From Octopus vulgaris (lineage: Eukaryota), in contig OX597831.1 of assembly GCA_951406725.2 (NCBI GenBank), positions 4,340,001 through 4,404,000 of the forward strand: a stretch of 64,000 nt of DNA, in the 5' to 3' direction. A program made the translations under genes and the position numbers. Each line of letters starts with the position of its first letter. The stretch's first letter is position 1. The notes under the pieces were generated by a model. It had not been told where the DNA came from and made no database searches. It saw only the letters and a list, made by a program, of their open reading frames with translations. Of the stretch, positions 1-13,089 are shown one piece after another.

Positions 1-96
<96 letters not shown>

Positions 97-110
97 CCTA
101 TCTACCTATC
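1..110. repeat. (TCTA)n microsatellite
   Basis: Near-perfect TCTA tandem array from the window start. Confidence 0.97.
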
Positions 111-331
111 TATATAGACGCACGCACCTGACATTCATTGAATGTGTCTCGTATTTTAAAAATTTTCCAATGTGCCTGTATATTACCGACATGTTTTATG
201 CCCACACACACCTTACACAACAACAACATCATCAACGACATCATCATATTACTTCTCCTCCTCCTCCTCCTCCTCCTCCTTCTCCTCCTCCTCCTCCTCC
301 TCCTACTACTACTACTGCTACTACTACTACC

Positions 332-381
<50 letters not shown>

Positions 382-742
382 ATACGGTATATGTATTATG
401 CATACATGCGTCCACACACACACACACACACACATACATATATATGCATATATGCATATCCGAATTTCATCTTAGATTTGTGTTACCACCAGGTACTTGT
501 TTCTATGGAGGCCCAAACAGGTAGAAAATCTGCATCTTGGAATATCCAGAACCTCAACTGAATTATTATCGTCTGCTTCCGTTGTATATTTGCTTTCTTT
601 TTTTAACACTGTACGTCCATAAGAGATATTTTCTAATGACGAATATTGCAGTTAATTAGGCCTTCTGTGACGCATCTGCATTAAGTATAAAATACACACA
701 TGCATGTTTCTCAATATACACACACTCCACATCTATATGTGC

Positions 743-770
<28 letters not shown>

Positions 771-774
<4 letters not shown>

Positions 775-840
775 CAAACATAAATTGAAAACAGAACACA
801 AAGGATCCTTTGTGTTCTGTTTTTAATTTATGTTTGATAT
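771..840. repeat. 70-bp spacerless palindrome centred on GGATCC
   Basis: ATATCAAACATAAATTGAAAACAGAACACAAAGGA|TCCTTTGTGTTCTGTTTTTAATTTATGTTTGATAT, 35-bp arms, 1 mismatch. Confidence 0.92.
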
Positions 841-998
841 ATTCTCTCACCTCTGCCACTATCTGGCAAATACAGGTGCTTACACTTATCAAGTATTCAC
901 TCTAAATTTACAGTTGTCTTTTTGGATTGGATATTACATAACCACGGCAACCTTTAATACTTGATATATATATATATATATATATTGTTTGTGTATAC

Positions 999-1046
<48 letters not shown>

Positions 1047-1050
<4 letters not shown>

Positions 1051-1250
1051 CCGCGTGTGTATCGTTGGCGATTTTTTTTCCTCCGTCTTCCCTTCCTTGG
1101 TTCTTTCCTTTTCCTATGCTTTTGACGAAGAGCTCCGCTCGAAACGTTCAATCCTCCTTCTTTCTTTCCTTTGCTGAACATCCAATAACTTGTTCCACGT
1201 TCTCGCGTTGTTGTGTTTTCTCTTTGTGTTTTCATGTTTGGATTAATTTT
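1047..1250 (+). mobile_element. ~200-bp non-autonomous element with a decayed minimal hammerhead motif (Penelope pLTR/retrozyme-like)
   Basis: TTGACGA-A-GAGC-TCC-GCTC-GAAACGTT at 1122-1148; homologous to 53477-53685 (shared TGGCGATTTTTTTCCTCCGTCTTC). Confidence 0.65.
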
Positions 1251-1447
1251 ATATATATAAATATATATACATTGGCAATTCCAAGATCAAAAAGGCGTAG
1301 CTAACAGTTGTATACATTTTTGCTTTCATGAAAGAGATAACAATGAAAGTCTAAGAAATCTTTCTCGAGAACGAACTTAATTTATGGTGAAATGGAACGT
1401 ATCGCTGTTATATTTATGATGTTATTGATGGTATACACTCACTCACA

Positions 1448-1508
<61 letters not shown>

Positions 1509-1535
1509 ACACGCACACGCACACGCATACATATA

Positions 1536-1573
<38 letters not shown>

Positions 1574-1675
1574 CACTTGCGCTCATATATATATATGCAT
1601 ATATACATTTATACATACATACACGCACATAAATATATATATATTATATATATATATATATATATACATATATAC

Positions 1676-1726
<51 letters not shown>

Positions 1727-1786
1727 CGTCTATTTACATAATATTGAGGTCTCTTTCTTGCTTTTGTTATCTTACCGTTTTTACCA

Positions 1787-1853
<67 letters not shown>

Positions 1854-2369
1854 GTATATATATATGCGTGAGTGTGTGAACGTTGTATTTCTGTTGTTGA
1901 TGGCGGTGGTGCTATAATTTTGATGTATTACGTAAAAACAGTAAAAATCCCAGACTTTGAAATATGCAACAGTTACGCCATTGCGGACTGGACATTTATC
2001 TGGAAGAGAGAAGCTGTCATGTAGGCTCCGTTCACCTGTCAGTTTACCCTTTTCCTTTTTTTAGATAAAGTACCAGTCATACAATAAGGGAGAAAGATTT
2101 AGTTGTCAATTCCTTCCTTCCCCACAACTCGCACGCACACGCACTCGTTTATATATATTTATACAGGGTGACAATGATGCCTCGAGACATGGTAAATATC
2201 ACTATATGACCATCTGAAAAGGGGGTCCCTGCTCACCAGACGCTTGTCTTTTAGACTTCTTTTTCTAGGATATGCTGAAGGAGAAGGTGTGTGTGTGTGT
2301 ATGTATGTATGTATGTATATATGAATGTTGTTATTCAGTTTTATTTCAAGATTTCTTGCCAATAAAGAG

Positions 2370-2822
2370 CTGGTTTCTAGCCTATATCCAAGACTCCTTC
2401 CTTGGATTTTCAACAACGACAGGCTATTTTTGCATATATAATTCCACACACGCCAGCTTAATTCAATTCGTCCTTAGTCGAAAGACACCTGTTGTTATGT
2501 CCTGTTATTATTTATTATTGTATTTATATTTGTGTAACTTTGTCCGTTTTCTTTCCTTCTTTGTTTTTGTATACATTCGCTGCTTTCTTCCAAAGAATCT
2601 AATGCTCTTAGCTTGGTTTTTCCTTGGAGCTGGCCAGATTGGAGCAATCTCAAGAATAATCAGCCGAAATTGCAAAGATAATCTGGAACTCGAATGAGGA
2701 AAGAAAACTCCGGATGACCTCTTTTTGTTTTCTTTGTATCATCTATCTGGATGTTTTGTTGTCCCTTTTTGTATCACCTAGCTGCCCCCCGGATGTTTTG
2801 CATTCTTGTCACATTTTGTATT
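2370..2822. mobile_element. Unclassified dispersed repeat, copy 1
   Basis: Colinear similarity with 44190-44610 (TTAGTCGAAAGACACC.GTTGTTAT; TACATTCGC; CTTAGCTT; TCTTTGTATC.TCTATCTG). Confidence 0.65.
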
Positions 2823-2826
2823 TTAT

Positions 2827-2859
<33 letters not shown>

Positions 2860-2926
2860 GACACACACACACACACACATACACACACACACACATACAC
2901 ACACACACATATATATATATATATGT

Positions 2927-2933
2927 AATGATG

Positions 2934-2978
<45 letters not shown>

Positions 2979-2984
2979 GTAATA

Positions 2985-3080
<96 letters not shown>
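2927..3080. repeat. (AAT)n microsatellite
   Basis: Tandem AAT array. Confidence 0.95.
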
Positions 3081-3390
3081 TATGAAAAATGTATTGTAAA
3101 TACACAAACGACAAGTAAAAAACATATGACGTATATTGAGTGCACAGACGGAAGACAGACACAGACGGTCCCTAATTCTTCATCAGTTATCCACCAGATG
3201 GTATTACTCAGTTTCGCACCATTTCGGTGCTCGCGAAAGTTGCGGAGAATATAGAACTGTGAGCAAAGGATACATGGATAACAAGCGATACAGAAGTGGA
3301 CATACGAAAGTGAGTAAATGTAACTTAAGACGATGAACGAAGCACAAAGGCGAAATGAGTAAGAAACTAGCAAATTATAGGCTTTTATAT

Positions 3391-3797
3391 CTCTTTACTC
3401 TTTTACTTGTTTCAGTCATTTGACTGCGGCCATGCTGGAGCACCGCCTTTAATCGAGCAACTCGACCTCGGGACTTATTCTTTTGTAAGCCCAGCACTTA
3501 TTCTATCGGTCTCTTTTTGCCGAACCGCTAAGTAACGGGGACATAAACACACCAACATCGGTTGTCAAGCAATGCTAGGGGGTCAAACACAGACACACAA
3601 ACACACACACGCATATATATATATACATATATACGACAGGCTTCTTTCAGTTTCCCTCTACCAAATCCACATACAAGGCTTTGGTCGGCCCGAGGCTATA
3701 GTAGAAGACACTTGCCCAATGTACCACGCAGTGGGACTGAACCCGGAACCATGTGGTTGGTAAGCAAGCTACTTGCTACACAGCCACTCCTACGCCT
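3391..3797 (-). mobile_element. SINE family A (tRNA-derived head, CORE-like segment, internal TA/TG microsatellite), full length
   Basis: Minus strand reads GGCGTAGGAGTGGCTGTG (A box), GGTTCAGTCCC (B box), TTGGGCAAGTGTCTTC, then tail GCTCCAGCATGGCCGCAGTCAAATGACTGAAACAAGTAAAAGAG; about 20 copies in window. Confidence 0.9.
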
Positions 3798-3916
3798 ATA
3801 TATATAATACACATACACATGCACACACGCAGACATTCACATACGTATGCATGCATAGTGTTGATTGTGTGTGTGTATATATGTGCGTTTCTGGGTATAT
3901 ATATATATATATATAT

Positions 3917-4194
3917 TGTTGTTTGTTCCTTTTCGAGCCGTGCCTGGCTCATAAGGGCTGGTTTCCCGGTTTCCTTGGCGTATAGGTTCCCCGCCTGGAC
4001 GGGACAAGATGCAGGAGGAAAGAGTGAGAGAAAGTTGGGGCGAAAGAATCAGCAGAAGTTCGCCATTACCTTCTGCCGGAGCCGCGTGGAGCTTAGGTGT
4101 TTCGCTCATAAACACACATCGTCCGGTCTGAGATTCGAACCCGCGATCCCTCGACCAGGAGTCCGCTGCTCTAACCACTAGGCATGTGCCTCCA
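3917..4194 (-). mobile_element. SINE family C, tail variant 1
   Basis: Head GGAGGCACATGCCTAGTGGTTAGAGCAGCGGAC...GGTTCGAATCTC; tail GTCCCGTCCAGG...GAAACCGGGAAACC, ends in AAC repeats; matches 32540-32852. Confidence 0.85.
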
Positions 4195-4769
4195 CACACA
4201 CACACCCACACACACACATATATATATATATGTCCGTATGTTAAAGATGGATTCTTCACATTTCGAGTCGAACTATAATCGAAATAGTATCTGTCGCTTG
4301 ATTAGCAAGGAGACGTAGAGGTGGTGGTGGTGGTGGTGGTGGTTGTAGGGGTGTCAGACCCCAGTTAGGTAATTAATGAACGAAAGGTAAGGTTTATGAT
4401 GGCGGTGTCGGCGGCAGCAGTGTAGCAGTGGTGGTAGTGTGGATATGGTATGGGTTGTAGAGGACGTAGATGGCCTGGCGCTGCAATGCGAAGACCAAAT
4501 TAATGTAATGATGTCAATAAGAATTATAATGATAATGATGATGGTGATGATGACGGCGACGACGACGATGATAATAACTTAAGAAGTTGGAGCAGAATAA
4601 ATGAAGAAAAAGAAGAGAAGTACAAAGGTGTGTTGTTGTAAGAATGGAGTTTATTGTTGTTGAACAGGTGTTAATTGACCATTACAGGTGAACAGTGAAA
4701 GGAGCGACTATATAAATAATAATGAATATGAATATTACACACACACACACACACGCACACACATGCACA

Positions 4770-4989
4770 CACATGCATATATATATATATATATATACGT
4801 ACACGCATATAAGTATTTGTATATATGCATGCGTACATTTTATATATATATATATATGTATATATATATGTATGTATATGTGTATATATACATATATATG
4901 TATATATACATGCATGTATATGTGTATATATGTATATATATATATACACACACATACACATATATATATATATGTATATGTATGTATAT

Positions 4990-5021
<32 letters not shown>

Positions 5022-5230
5022 GTATATGCATGTATATGTGTATATATGTGTATATATATATATATATACATATATACATTTATATATATATATGTATATG
5101 TGTATATATATGTATATATATACATATATATATATGTATATATATATATACATATATATATATACTCATATATAGATATGTATATACATGTATATATGTA
5201 TATATATACATATATATATATATATACATT
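4770..5230. repeat. Long degenerate (TA)n/(TATG)n array
   Basis: Alternating purine-pyrimidine low-complexity tract. Confidence 0.92.
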
Positions 5231-5640
5231 TAGGTAAATACACGACACGTACACACACACATATAATATATATGTATTCGCGTGTGTTAATGCCTCTGTA
5301 ACAACGTATCGTTGTTCGCATTATTGAACGTGTCGTGGGAAGACATTGCGTTTGTGTACATTTATACGGAAACGTATATTGTCATTGTTATTTGAAGGTT
5401 ACTGCTGCTTTTGTTGTTGCTGTTGTTGCTGTTTTTGATAGGTGTGGGTTAGGATTGTGGTTAAATAGGAAGAGAATTAGAATGATAGGGAAATGGATTA
5501 CGTAGATAGACATACATACAGATACGTTGGTAGATAGGATGAGTGAGTGAAAATAAGTGAGACAGAGATACGAAAGAAATCTGGTCTCTATCTTCGTCAT
5601 TTTCCGTTCTGGGTGTGTATGTATGTATGTATATACATAT

Positions 5641-5842
5641 TCTTTTACTCTTTTACTTGTTTCAGTCATTTGACTGTGGCCATGCTGGAGCACCACCTTC
5701 AGTCGAGCAAATCGACCCCCAGGACTTATTCTTTGTAAGCCTAGTACTTATTCTATCGGCCTCTTTCGCCAAACCACTAAGTTACGGAGACATAAACACA
5801 CCAGCATCGATTGTCAAGCGATGTTGGGGGGACAAACACAGA

Positions 5843-5926
<84 letters not shown>

Positions 5927-6090
5927 CTTATATACGACGGGCTTCTTTCAGCTTCCGTCTACCAAATCCACTCACAAGGCTTTGGTCTGCCCGAGGCTAT
6001 AGTAGAAGACATTTGCCCAAGGTGCCACGCAGTGGGACTGAACCCAGAGCCACGTGGTTGGCAAGCAAGCTACTTACCTCACAGACTCCA
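5641..6090 (-). mobile_element. SINE family A, near full length
   Basis: Same head, CORE-like and tail blocks as 3391-3797; expanded internal (CA)n(TA)n. Confidence 0.9.
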
Positions 6091-6699
6091 CTGAACTTTT
6101 AAAAATCAAATTCTTTAAACATGGTAATTGTTTCTATTCCTGATTTTCTCCCCGCCATACCATTTACATAAGATATGCCAGTCCGTTATCTCTGTAAAGC
6201 CCACTTACGTATCTTATTCTATTTTTGATTGTCTTCAGTTTATATAATCTGACCAAATCCGAAATTTATGCTTTGTTGTAGCAAAATACAAAAAATCATG
6301 CCTACAATTTTTAACCCTTAAGGAATAAATCATAAAATAATATCGATTAATAACAACATAAAATTATAACCGCATAATAACGACTTCCTTGCGCTTATAA
6401 TGCTAACGTCGTAATAGTTTTCTTAACGAAATTTCACGAAATCTTTACATATAGAGGGGTGTTATTTTACATTACCGAAGCGCGTAGGATTTAGCATTGA
6501 TATTACTAAACCACATCATGGCGGCGCTGCAGCATTGTTTGTATTGTTTTTATGTTTAATGAAGCTAAATTGGATTTGCTAAACGTAGTATATAGACGTT
6601 TGCTTCTTCATTTCGACTCCCATCACCATCAGTAGTAATACAGCAGCCAGCAATAGGCTTTATCCCTCCCTACAAACCGCGACGACCACTACCATTGTG

Positions 6700-6740
6700 A
6701 TCATCAGTATCATCATCATCATCATCATCATCATCACTAC

Positions 6741-6780
<40 letters not shown>

Positions 6781-7071
6781 GCCGTCGTCGTCGTCGTCGT
6801 CACCATCACCACCACCACCGCCGCCGCCGCCGCCGCCATCACCACCACCATGACTACCACCCCTACCACCACCACTACCACGACGACGACGACGACCATC
6901 ACGACGACCACCACCACGACCACCGCCGCCGCCGCCACTAGCACCAGCACCAGCACCAGCACCAGCACCACCACCACCACAAACAACAATCATCACCACT
7001 GCAAATATCATCACCACCACCGCAACTACCACCAACACAACAAATACAACAACGCATGCACCACCGTTACC

Positions 7072-7103
<32 letters not shown>

Positions 7104-7257
7104 AAACAACAAAAACAACAGCAATATTATCACAAACATCATCACCACTGCAAATATCATCAACACCATCACCACCACCACCACCACCACCACCACCACC
7201 ACCACCACCATCACCGCTACCACCACCACCACCAACACCACCATCATCATCATCATC
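6700..7257. repeat. Compound trinucleotide array (CAT/CAC/CGC/AAC)
   Basis: Mixed triplet repeats; source of poly-T/H/V ORFs. Confidence 0.92.
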
Positions 7258-7670
7258 CAGCCATTCCTTTCAGCCGCAACTGCAAGAGAAACTCAACACA
7301 AATTTGATCAGACGGCACTGAGGGACGCCGTATCACGTGACTGAAAATGTTAATGATGTGTTTATAATCCATGGTCACGTGTCCATATCTCTGTGGTTGA
7401 TTAATACAGTTATAACACGGTGCCGTCCATCGAAGCGTGAAGTTCCGTTGTGAACCATGTCCATAACCACCTGGGTTCCCAATCTCAAGAGGAGTCATTT
7501 TCAAACTATGTCATTCTCAGCCATTTGAGAACAGCAGGAGTAGAAATCGAAGCGACGCGGTTTCGATTCTACTCTTCAGTTCAATTCGAATCAACTGTAC
7601 GATTTCGATTCTCTTTCACGGTCTAATATATTAGCCGAAATATTATGTGCACGGTTTCGATTCTACTTCA

Positions 7671-8209
7671 AGGTCAAAGAAGTTCGCTTTCCAAACACAT
7701 GGTTCTGAGTTCAGTCCTACAGCGTGGAAAATTAGGCGTCTTCTACTTCAGCCTCGGGCCAACCAAATCCTTTTGAGTGGATTTGATAGCGGGAAACTTA
7801 AAGAAGCCCGTCGTATATATATATATAGTGTGTGTGTGTGTGAGTGTGTGTGTGTGTGTGTACGCATATATATATGAATATATGTATATATATATATAGA
7901 CATATTGCTCCAGCATGGCCTTTAAGAAAAGAAAATGATGTGTGTGTGTTTTTGTGTATATATGTATGTATGTATGTATGTATCTATGTATGTCTATATG
8001 AATGTATGTATGCGTATGTATCCTATGAACGCTTGATAACCGGTGTTGATTTGTTTACGTCCTCGTAACCTAGCAGTTCGGGGAAAGGGTGCGATAGAAT
8101 AAGTATCAGACATTAAAAATTAAGTACTCGGCCCGATACGTTCAACTAAAACCTTTTAAGACGTTGCCCCAGCATGGCCGCTATACAATGACTGAAATAA
8201 GCAAAAGAC
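7671..8209 (+). mobile_element. SINE family A, diverged
   Basis: CACATGGTTCTGAGTTCAGTCC...GAGTGGATTTG...AAGAAGCCCGTCG...GATAGAATAAGTA...CCAGCATGGCCGC. Confidence 0.75.
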
Positions 8210-8640
8210 AATGTAACTATGTCGGCATCTTCGACGTTGCTTAATATTATCACTTGTAATATTGCTGATGTTGGAACACGATGAACGTCACAACATGATT
8301 AGATGTCTGAAAACAGCTGGCTCCATAGCGCGGTTATAAAGAGTTCTTCTTCTTCTTGCCCGAGATATACCCAATACTCCTAGTAGCAGTAGTCGTGATA
8401 GCAGTAGTAGTAGTAGTAGTAGTAGTAGTTGTTGTTGTTCTTCTTCTTCTTCTTCTTCTTCTTCTTCTTCTTCTTCTTCTTCTTCTTCTTCTTCTTCTTC
8501 TTCTTCTTCTTCTTCTACTTCTTCTTTGTGTTCATGGACGATGCATCTTTGTTTCCACAACATCACGCATAGAAGATCACCAGGCCATGCAACACTTTCT
8601 TTGTTTGCCTCTTTCTCTTTCCTTTCTTTCTTTCTTTCAT

Positions 8641-8693
<53 letters not shown>

Positions 8694-8814
8694 TCTCCTC
8701 TCCTCCCCACTCTCTCATTTATGTGTGGTTGCCACACGTCGCTGCATACACGTGCATTTGGAATAACTGCACACTTCTCAAATGACACACTTGACTGATC
8801 CGCAGCGACAGCCA

Positions 8815-8926
<112 letters not shown>

Positions 8927-9054
8927 ATTCAGTTGTAAGTCCTAATTATGGAATGTGCAACATTGGATAGTAATCAAACGCACGAACATACACGCTTGCA
9001 TGCATCTATACATGTATGTATGTGTATTTATGCATGAGTAGATATGTATATAAG

Positions 9055-9101
<47 letters not shown>

Positions 9102-9565
9102 GAGTGGCTGTGTGGTAAGTAGTTTGCTTAGCAACCACATGGTTCCGGGTTCAGTCCAATTGCGTGGCACCTTGGGCAAGTGTCTTCCCTACAGCCTCGG
9201 GCCGACCAAAGCCTTGTGAGTGGATTTAGCTGACGGAAACTGAAAGAAGCCTGTCGTAAGTGTATATTTGTATATATATATATATATATATGAGACTATA
9301 TATATATGTATTTATATATATATATATATGTATGTATGTATATATATGTGTGTGTGTGTGTGTTTGTGTGTCTGTGTTTGTCCCTCGAACATCGCTTGAC
9401 AACCAATGCTGGTCTGCTTACGTCCCAGTAACCTAGTGGTTCGGCAAAAGTGACCGATAAAATAAGTACTAGGCTTTCAAAAAATAAGTCCTGGGAGTCG
9501 ATTTGCTCGACTAAAGGCGGTGCTCCAGCATGGCCGCAGTCAAATGACTGAAACAAGTAAAGGAG
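9102..9565 (+). mobile_element. SINE family A
   Basis: GAGTGGCTGTGTGGTAAG head through AAATGACTGAAACAAGTAAAGGAG tail. Confidence 0.9.
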
Positions 9566-9602
9566 AAAACAAAAACGGAGAGCATGTCTTATACATAGTA
9601 AC

Positions 9603-10051
9603 AAGCGTAGCTGTACGGTAAGAAGTTTGCATCCTAACCACATGTTTCCAGGTTCAGTCCCACTGCGTGGCACCATGGACAAGCGTCTTCTACTATAGCC
9701 ACAGGATGACCAAAGCTTTGTGAGTGGATATGGTGAACGGAAACTGAATGAAGCCCGTCGAATACACATACACAAGCATGTATGTCTTTTTGTTTGTGTT
9801 TCACCTCATCACCGCTTGGCAATCAGTATTGGTTTGTTTACAACCCCATAACTTAACGGTATGGCAAAAAGAGACCGATAGAATAAGCACCAAGTTTAAA
9901 ATTTAGTACTGGGGACAATTTGTTCAACTAAGCGACTAAACCCTTCGGGGAGGGTGCCCCCGCATGGCCACAGTGCGAAGAATGAAAGTAAAATATAAAT
10001 ATGGCGGTGCTCCAGCATGGCCGCAATCAAATGACTGAAACAAGTAAAAGA
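9603..10051 (+). mobile_element. SINE family A, diverged copy plus extra 3' tail fragment (10001-10051)
   Basis: GGTTCAGTCCCACTGCGTGGCAC, GAGACCGATAGAATAAG, second GGCGGTGCTCCAGCATGG tail. Confidence 0.8.
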
Positions 10052-10397
<346 letters not shown>

Positions 10398-10462
10398 TAC
10401 GTATATATACATATACATATACATACATACATACATTCTTGCATAAATACATTCTTACATAA

Positions 10463-10524
<62 letters not shown>

Positions 10525-10813
10525 CAGTATCTTGAGGGCAAAAATTATTTAAAATAATTTATACCGGTGGCCCGCGTGCATAAAGAAACACCCGTAGACT
10601 GTAAATTATATTTATATATATATGTGTGTGTATAACCATAGGTAATTACATGTATGGATGGATGTATGCATGTATACATGTATGCATGCATGTATGTATG
10701 TATGTATGTATGTATGTATGGATGGATGGATGGATGGATGCAGGCAGGTAGGCATTCATGCATGTATGTATGTATATATTAACGCATTCATACATGTATG
10801 TATTATGTATGTA

Positions 10814-10849
<36 letters not shown>

Positions 10850-10959
10850 TGTATGTATGTGTGTATGTATGTATGTATGTATGTGTGTGTATGTATGAAT
10901 GTATGTATTTATGTATGTATATATCCATGTATATATGTATGGAATCTTGCCTTTGTGTA

Positions 10960-11185
10960 TGTGCTCGTGCTACACCACCGCTTGAAAACCGGTGTTGGTT
11001 TGTCTTTGTCCCAGTACCTAGGCAGTTCGGCAAAAAGTCACTGACAGAATAAATACTAGGCTTACAAAAACGAAGAAAAAAAACAAAAAAAGACGAAAAA
11101 GTACAGGATTCGATTCATCCAACTAAAGCACTTCATAGTAGTGCCCCAGCATGGCCACAGCCAAATAACTGAAGCAAGTAAAAGA
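10960..11185 (+). mobile_element. SINE family A, 3' half
   Basis: CACCGCTTGAAAACCGGTGTTGG...GTTCGGCAAAAAG...CCAGCATGGCCACAG. Confidence 0.75.
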
Positions 11186-11552
11186 TTAAAAAAAATTACA
11201 CATAAAACAGAACTTTTTTCATGAATGTTTCTAGACCTAAGTCAGGCTGAAGACATTGCGAGTGAGAGGTAACAACTGTTCGAAGCAAGCAGCCGTTAAA
11301 AATATTTTACTATAACAAAACATTAAATATTAGGCAGGAAAATCGATTTCATGAGTCACTAACGATCGATATGATTGATTTTGATTTGGTTGTTATTTAC
11401 GTACAAATATTCCATTTGAATTTTATTGCAAGCAAATCTATTATTTTGATAAATGTTTGATTGACTAAACAATAACGACGCTGTTTGTCAAATCAGCCAT
11501 TGTATGTACGTACATATGTATATATATATATGTGTGTGCATGCCTCTGTGTT

Positions 11553-11599
<47 letters not shown>

Positions 11600-11608
11600 G
11601 TATGTATA

Positions 11609-11663
<55 letters not shown>

Positions 11664-11710
11664 TCACACAGAGGCATGCACACACATATATACATACATA
11701 TGTATACATT

Positions 11711-11745
<35 letters not shown>

Positions 11746-12659
11746 ATACATATATATATGGATGTGTGATTACGTATGTATCACTCCGTATGTTTTTTAT
11801 ATATGCACATATGCATCTATGTATGTATACACGCGGGTATACATACAGATATGTAAGTATATACAAGGGTATATATATATATACATATATGTATGTGTGT
11901 ATATATGTATGTAGGTATGTGTGTATCAAACAAAAGGATATATATTATTACTGTAAGCATTTGACGTAGACAAGCAGGAAGATACACACACACAGAGACA
12001 GACAAACACTGACACATACAAATTTATACATGTACATACATACACACACATACACGCATTTTGAAACACTCTCGAACACATTCACACACAATTACAAGCA
12101 CTCATACACTCACATACACGCAAGACCATACACAGACACTCTCTATATCTCACACATTCATACACAAACACTTACACATACACATACACTCTCACGCTAT
12201 GTCACACATATACACATTTTGAAAAATCGGTATAAACCCGATCGATCAGAAGACTCTAGTCCCTTGGTCATATCAGTTGTACTGTATCAATTGATAGTAT
12301 TTTTGATCTATGGCCAGAGACGTTTTGATCAGCAAAATTAGCGTCTTCGATATGGTCATTGAACAGGAGGAAGAATTTGTTCGATTTGCTTGCGTATTTT
12401 ATGATTGATTACGTCACAAACGGCTTTTGATTGAGGCTACAAATATTTTCATTGAATTTGGAACCATCAAGTAAAAGAGAAAAAGAGAATGATTCTGAGA
12501 TACACAATTGGCATTTCTTCTTCCCCTATATGTTCGCGTGAATGTACATATATATACATATACATACATACATATATATATGCATATATGTGTGTATGTG
12601 TGTATATATATGTATGTGTGTATATATATGTATGTCTATATCTATATATGTGTAGGAAC

Positions 12660-12756
<97 letters not shown>

Positions 12757-12933
12757 GTATATGTATATTTATATATATATATGTATGTATGTATGCATGT
12801 ATGTATATATGAATTTATATACGCATACACCTATATGCATATATAATTTAATTCGGTCAGAGCGCTGACCGAATTAAATTAAATATTATTTTATTTCCGT
12901 TCGTTACAGTTAACTGATACACATATACATGCA

Positions 12934-12988
<55 letters not shown>

Positions 12989-13089
12989 TCATACCCACTT
13001 ACATGAACACACACATGTATAGGCGTATTTATGTATGTATGTTATTATTTATATAGCACCATGTATATGCACGTAAAACGTAGCATAAG

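Noticed and set aside
455-475. ATCCGAATTT resembling part of miR-10
   Set aside because: No seed (ACCCTGT) and no hairpin
11240-11296. CTGAAGA...GAAG as a hammerhead
   Set aside because: GAAA box and UH site absent; stems inconsistent
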